Shown: positions 62,214 through 64,000 of the stretch, one piece after another | Position numbering within the stretch: position 1 is the stretch's first letter | Layout: each line of letters begins with the position of its first letter | Assembly (NCBI GenBank): GCA_965116025.1 | Contig: OZ220480.1 | Location: 224,001-288,000 of the forward strand | Length of the DNA: 64,000 nucleotides | Source: an uncultured candidatus Porisulfidus sp. | GTDB taxonomy: Bacteria > Pseudomonadota > Gammaproteobacteria > Poriferisulfidales > Poriferisulfidaceae | Reading direction: 5' to 3' | The notes under the pieces: generated by a model | Databases searched by the model: none | What the model saw: only the letters and a program-made list of their open reading frames with translations | Told to the model about the DNA's origin: nothing | Made by a program: the position numbers and the translations under genes

Positions 62214-62723
62214 ATGCGCCGAATCTCGCGCCTTCACCTCACGGGTCTCGCCATCTGTCTGGGCGCGCTCGCCTTCGGCTACCTCTATCTGGAACAAACG
62301 CTGGGGCTCGAACCCTGCCCCCTGTGCGTCCTGGACCGAATCGTCCTCCTCGCGCTGGCCGCGATCTTCGCGCTAGCGCATTTCCAACGCCCGAGCGCGG
62401 GAGAGCGGATCGGCTACGACATCGGCGCCCTGATCGTCAGCCTGGGCGGGATCGGGATCGCCGCGCGGCATGTCCAGCTCCAGAGCCGCCCTCCAGACTC
62501 CCTCAGCGACTGCGGGGCGGGATTCTGGCACATGCTCGACCAGATCGGCATTGAGGGGGCGGTCGCCGACGCGCTGCGCGGAGGCGGCGACTGCGGCAGC
62601 GTCCAGTGGACGTTCCTGGGCCTGTCCATCCCGACTCTGACGCTGGGCGTTTTCGTGGTATTGTCCCTTCTGTCCCTGACCGACCTGATCGACGCCATCC
62701 GCAATCGCCACCGGGAATCCTGA
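62214..62723 (+). CDS. dsbB: Disulfide bond formation protein DsbB
   Basis: LEPCPLC..R, ARHV.LQ, second Cys pair (CG..GDC..V.W.FLGLSIP). Confidence 0.9.
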   Translation: MRRISRLHLTGLAICLGALAFGYLYLEQTLGLEPCPLCVLDRIVLLALAAIFALAHFQRPSAGERIGYDIGALIVSLGGIGIAARHVQLQSRPPDSLSDCGAGFWHMLDQIGIEGAVADALRGGGDCGSVQWTFLGLSIPTLTLGVFVVLSLLSLTDLIDAIRNRHRES

Positions 62724-62724
62724 T

Positions 62725-63147
62725 ATGAAAGCCATGCGCCTCGCGGCCCTCGCCCTGGGCCTGACCCTGTCCCCCCTGCACGCCGAGTTGCCCCGCCAAA
62801 GCTCCCCAGAAGGCGCCAGCGCGTACTTCATCGAGCCCGCCGACGGCGCGACCGTGCGCTCTCCCTTCCGGGTCTCGTTCGGCCTGCGCGGCATGGGCGT
62901 CGCCCCGGCCGGCGTGGCCCGTCCGCACACCGGCCACCACCACCTGCTGATCGACGCGCCGGAGTTCGATCCCGGCATGCCGTTGCCGGCGACCGACCGC
63001 GTCCGCCATTTCGGTGGTGGACAGACGGAGACCATGCTGACGCTGGAGCCAGGGCGCCACACCTTGCGGCTCGTGCTCGGCGACCACGCGCACATCCCGC
63101 ACGACCCGCCGGTCGCGTCCGAGACGATCACGATCACCGTCGAGTGA
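62725..63147 (+). CDS. DUF4399-family secreted protein
   Basis: Signal peptide; P.DGATV..PF.V.FGL.GMGVAPAG, TGHHHLLID, HFG.GQTE, L.PG.HTL.L.LGD..H. Confidence 0.85.
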   Translation: MKAMRLAALALGLTLSPLHAELPRQSSPEGASAYFIEPADGATVRSPFRVSFGLRGMGVAPAGVARPHTGHHHLLIDAPEFDPGMPLPATDRVRHFGGGQTETMLTLEPGRHTLRLVLGDHAHIPHDPPVASETITITVE

Positions 63148-64000
63148 TCAGACCCAGTCCCGAGCTCCGAGGAAGCGCTCCGTCAATTCCGCTTCCGGCG
63201 TGCCCGGCTCGGGCCGGTAGTCGTAGGTCCAGCCGCAGTCCGGCGGAAGCGACATCAGAATCGATTCGGCGCGACGGCTGTTCTGGAGCCCGAACAGCGT
63301 GCCTCGGTCGTACAGCAAATTGAACTCGACGTAACGGCCGCGGCGATACTTCTGGAACGCTCGCTCGCGCTCCCCCCAAGGCGTCTCGCGTCGCCGCTCC
63401 ACGATCGGCAAATAGCCTTTCAGAAAGCCCTCCGCCACGGAGCGCGCGAACGCGAAGGTCCGGTCGAATCCCCACTCGTCGAGATCGTCGAAGAACAGCC
63501 CCCCGACGCCGCGCGTCTCGCCTCGATGCGGCAAATAGAAATACCGGTCGCACCAGCGCTTGAATCTCGGATAGACATCGTCCCCGAACGGCGCGCAGGC
63601 GGCGCGGGCCGCGGCGTGCCAGCCGCGCGCGTCCTCCTCGAATCCATAATGCGGAGTCAGATCGAACCCGCCGCCGAACCACCAGGGACCCGTTCCGTCG
63701 TCCGCGCGGGCGTCGAAGAACCGTACGTTGCAGTGCGCCGTCGGCGCGTAGGGATTTCGGGGATGAACGACGATGGACACGCCCATCGCGGAGAACGCCC
63801 GGCCCGCCAGCTCCGGGCGCCGCTCGGTGGCGGCCGCCGGCAGCGCGTCCCCCGAGACGTCGGAGAAATTCACGCCCGCCTTCTCCAGAGTCTCCCCGCC
63901 CTCCAGCGTCCGCGTCTCGCCCCGGCTCCCGTCGGGATGCTCCCATGAGTCCCGACGGAATCTGGCCTTGGGCTCGAATCGCTCCAGGGAATCGGTGGCC
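63148..64000 (-). CDS. hemF: Oxygen-dependent coproporphyrinogen III oxidase, 5' end outside the window
   Basis: [51 protein letters not shown]. Confidence 0.96.
   Translation of the reverse strand, partial: ATDSLERFEPKARFRRDSWEHPDGSRGETRTLEGGETLEKAGVNFSDVSGDALPAAATERRPELAGRAFSAMGVSIVVHPRNPYAPTAHCNVRFFDARADDGTGPWWFGGGFDLTPHYGFEEDARGWHAAARAACAPFGDDVYPRFKRWCDRYFYLPHRGETRGVGGLFFDDLDEWGFDRTFAFARSVAEGFLKGYLPIVERRRETPWGERERAFQKYRRGRYVEFNLLYDRGTLFGLQNSRRAESILMSLPPDCGWTYDYRPEPGTPEAELTERFLGARDWV

Overview
GC-rich gammaproteobacterial chromosome segment. It is mostly housekeeping genes (dnaK operon, nadK-recN-bamE, argG, ispB, ppk1-ppx, ilvD, argD-argF, phoU, ampG, xth, pyrE, aroE, hemB, dsbB, hemF), plus cbbQ-like and dsrC/tusE-like genes that hint at a sulfur-oxidising autotroph (inference). 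The striking part is 13.4-39.7 kb: six paralogous Gram-negative porin genes in strictly alternating orientation, arranged as three tail-to-tail pairs. Each has near-identical 5' and 3' parts around a large hypervariable insert. Only copies 2 and 5 have an RBS and the ATG for MKK; the other four join the shared sequence at ACCATTT-CT-AATCCC inside the signal peptide. An IS110-family (Piv-related DEDD) recombinase lies inside the array. Its downstream bridge-RNA-like region carries two guide-like segments that together spell ATTTCTAAT, the core of that shared junction. The proposed reading, an untested hypothesis, is an RNA-guided porin shufflon or antigenic-variation locus. A second, intact IS1111-type element has readable guides that match its own insertion site in a DUF1640-like gene and an empty site in a paralogue. 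Also present: a partial IS4, a frameshifted IS5, tRNA-Ser next to a conjugative coupling protein, and a small ATPase cluster that may be defensive.
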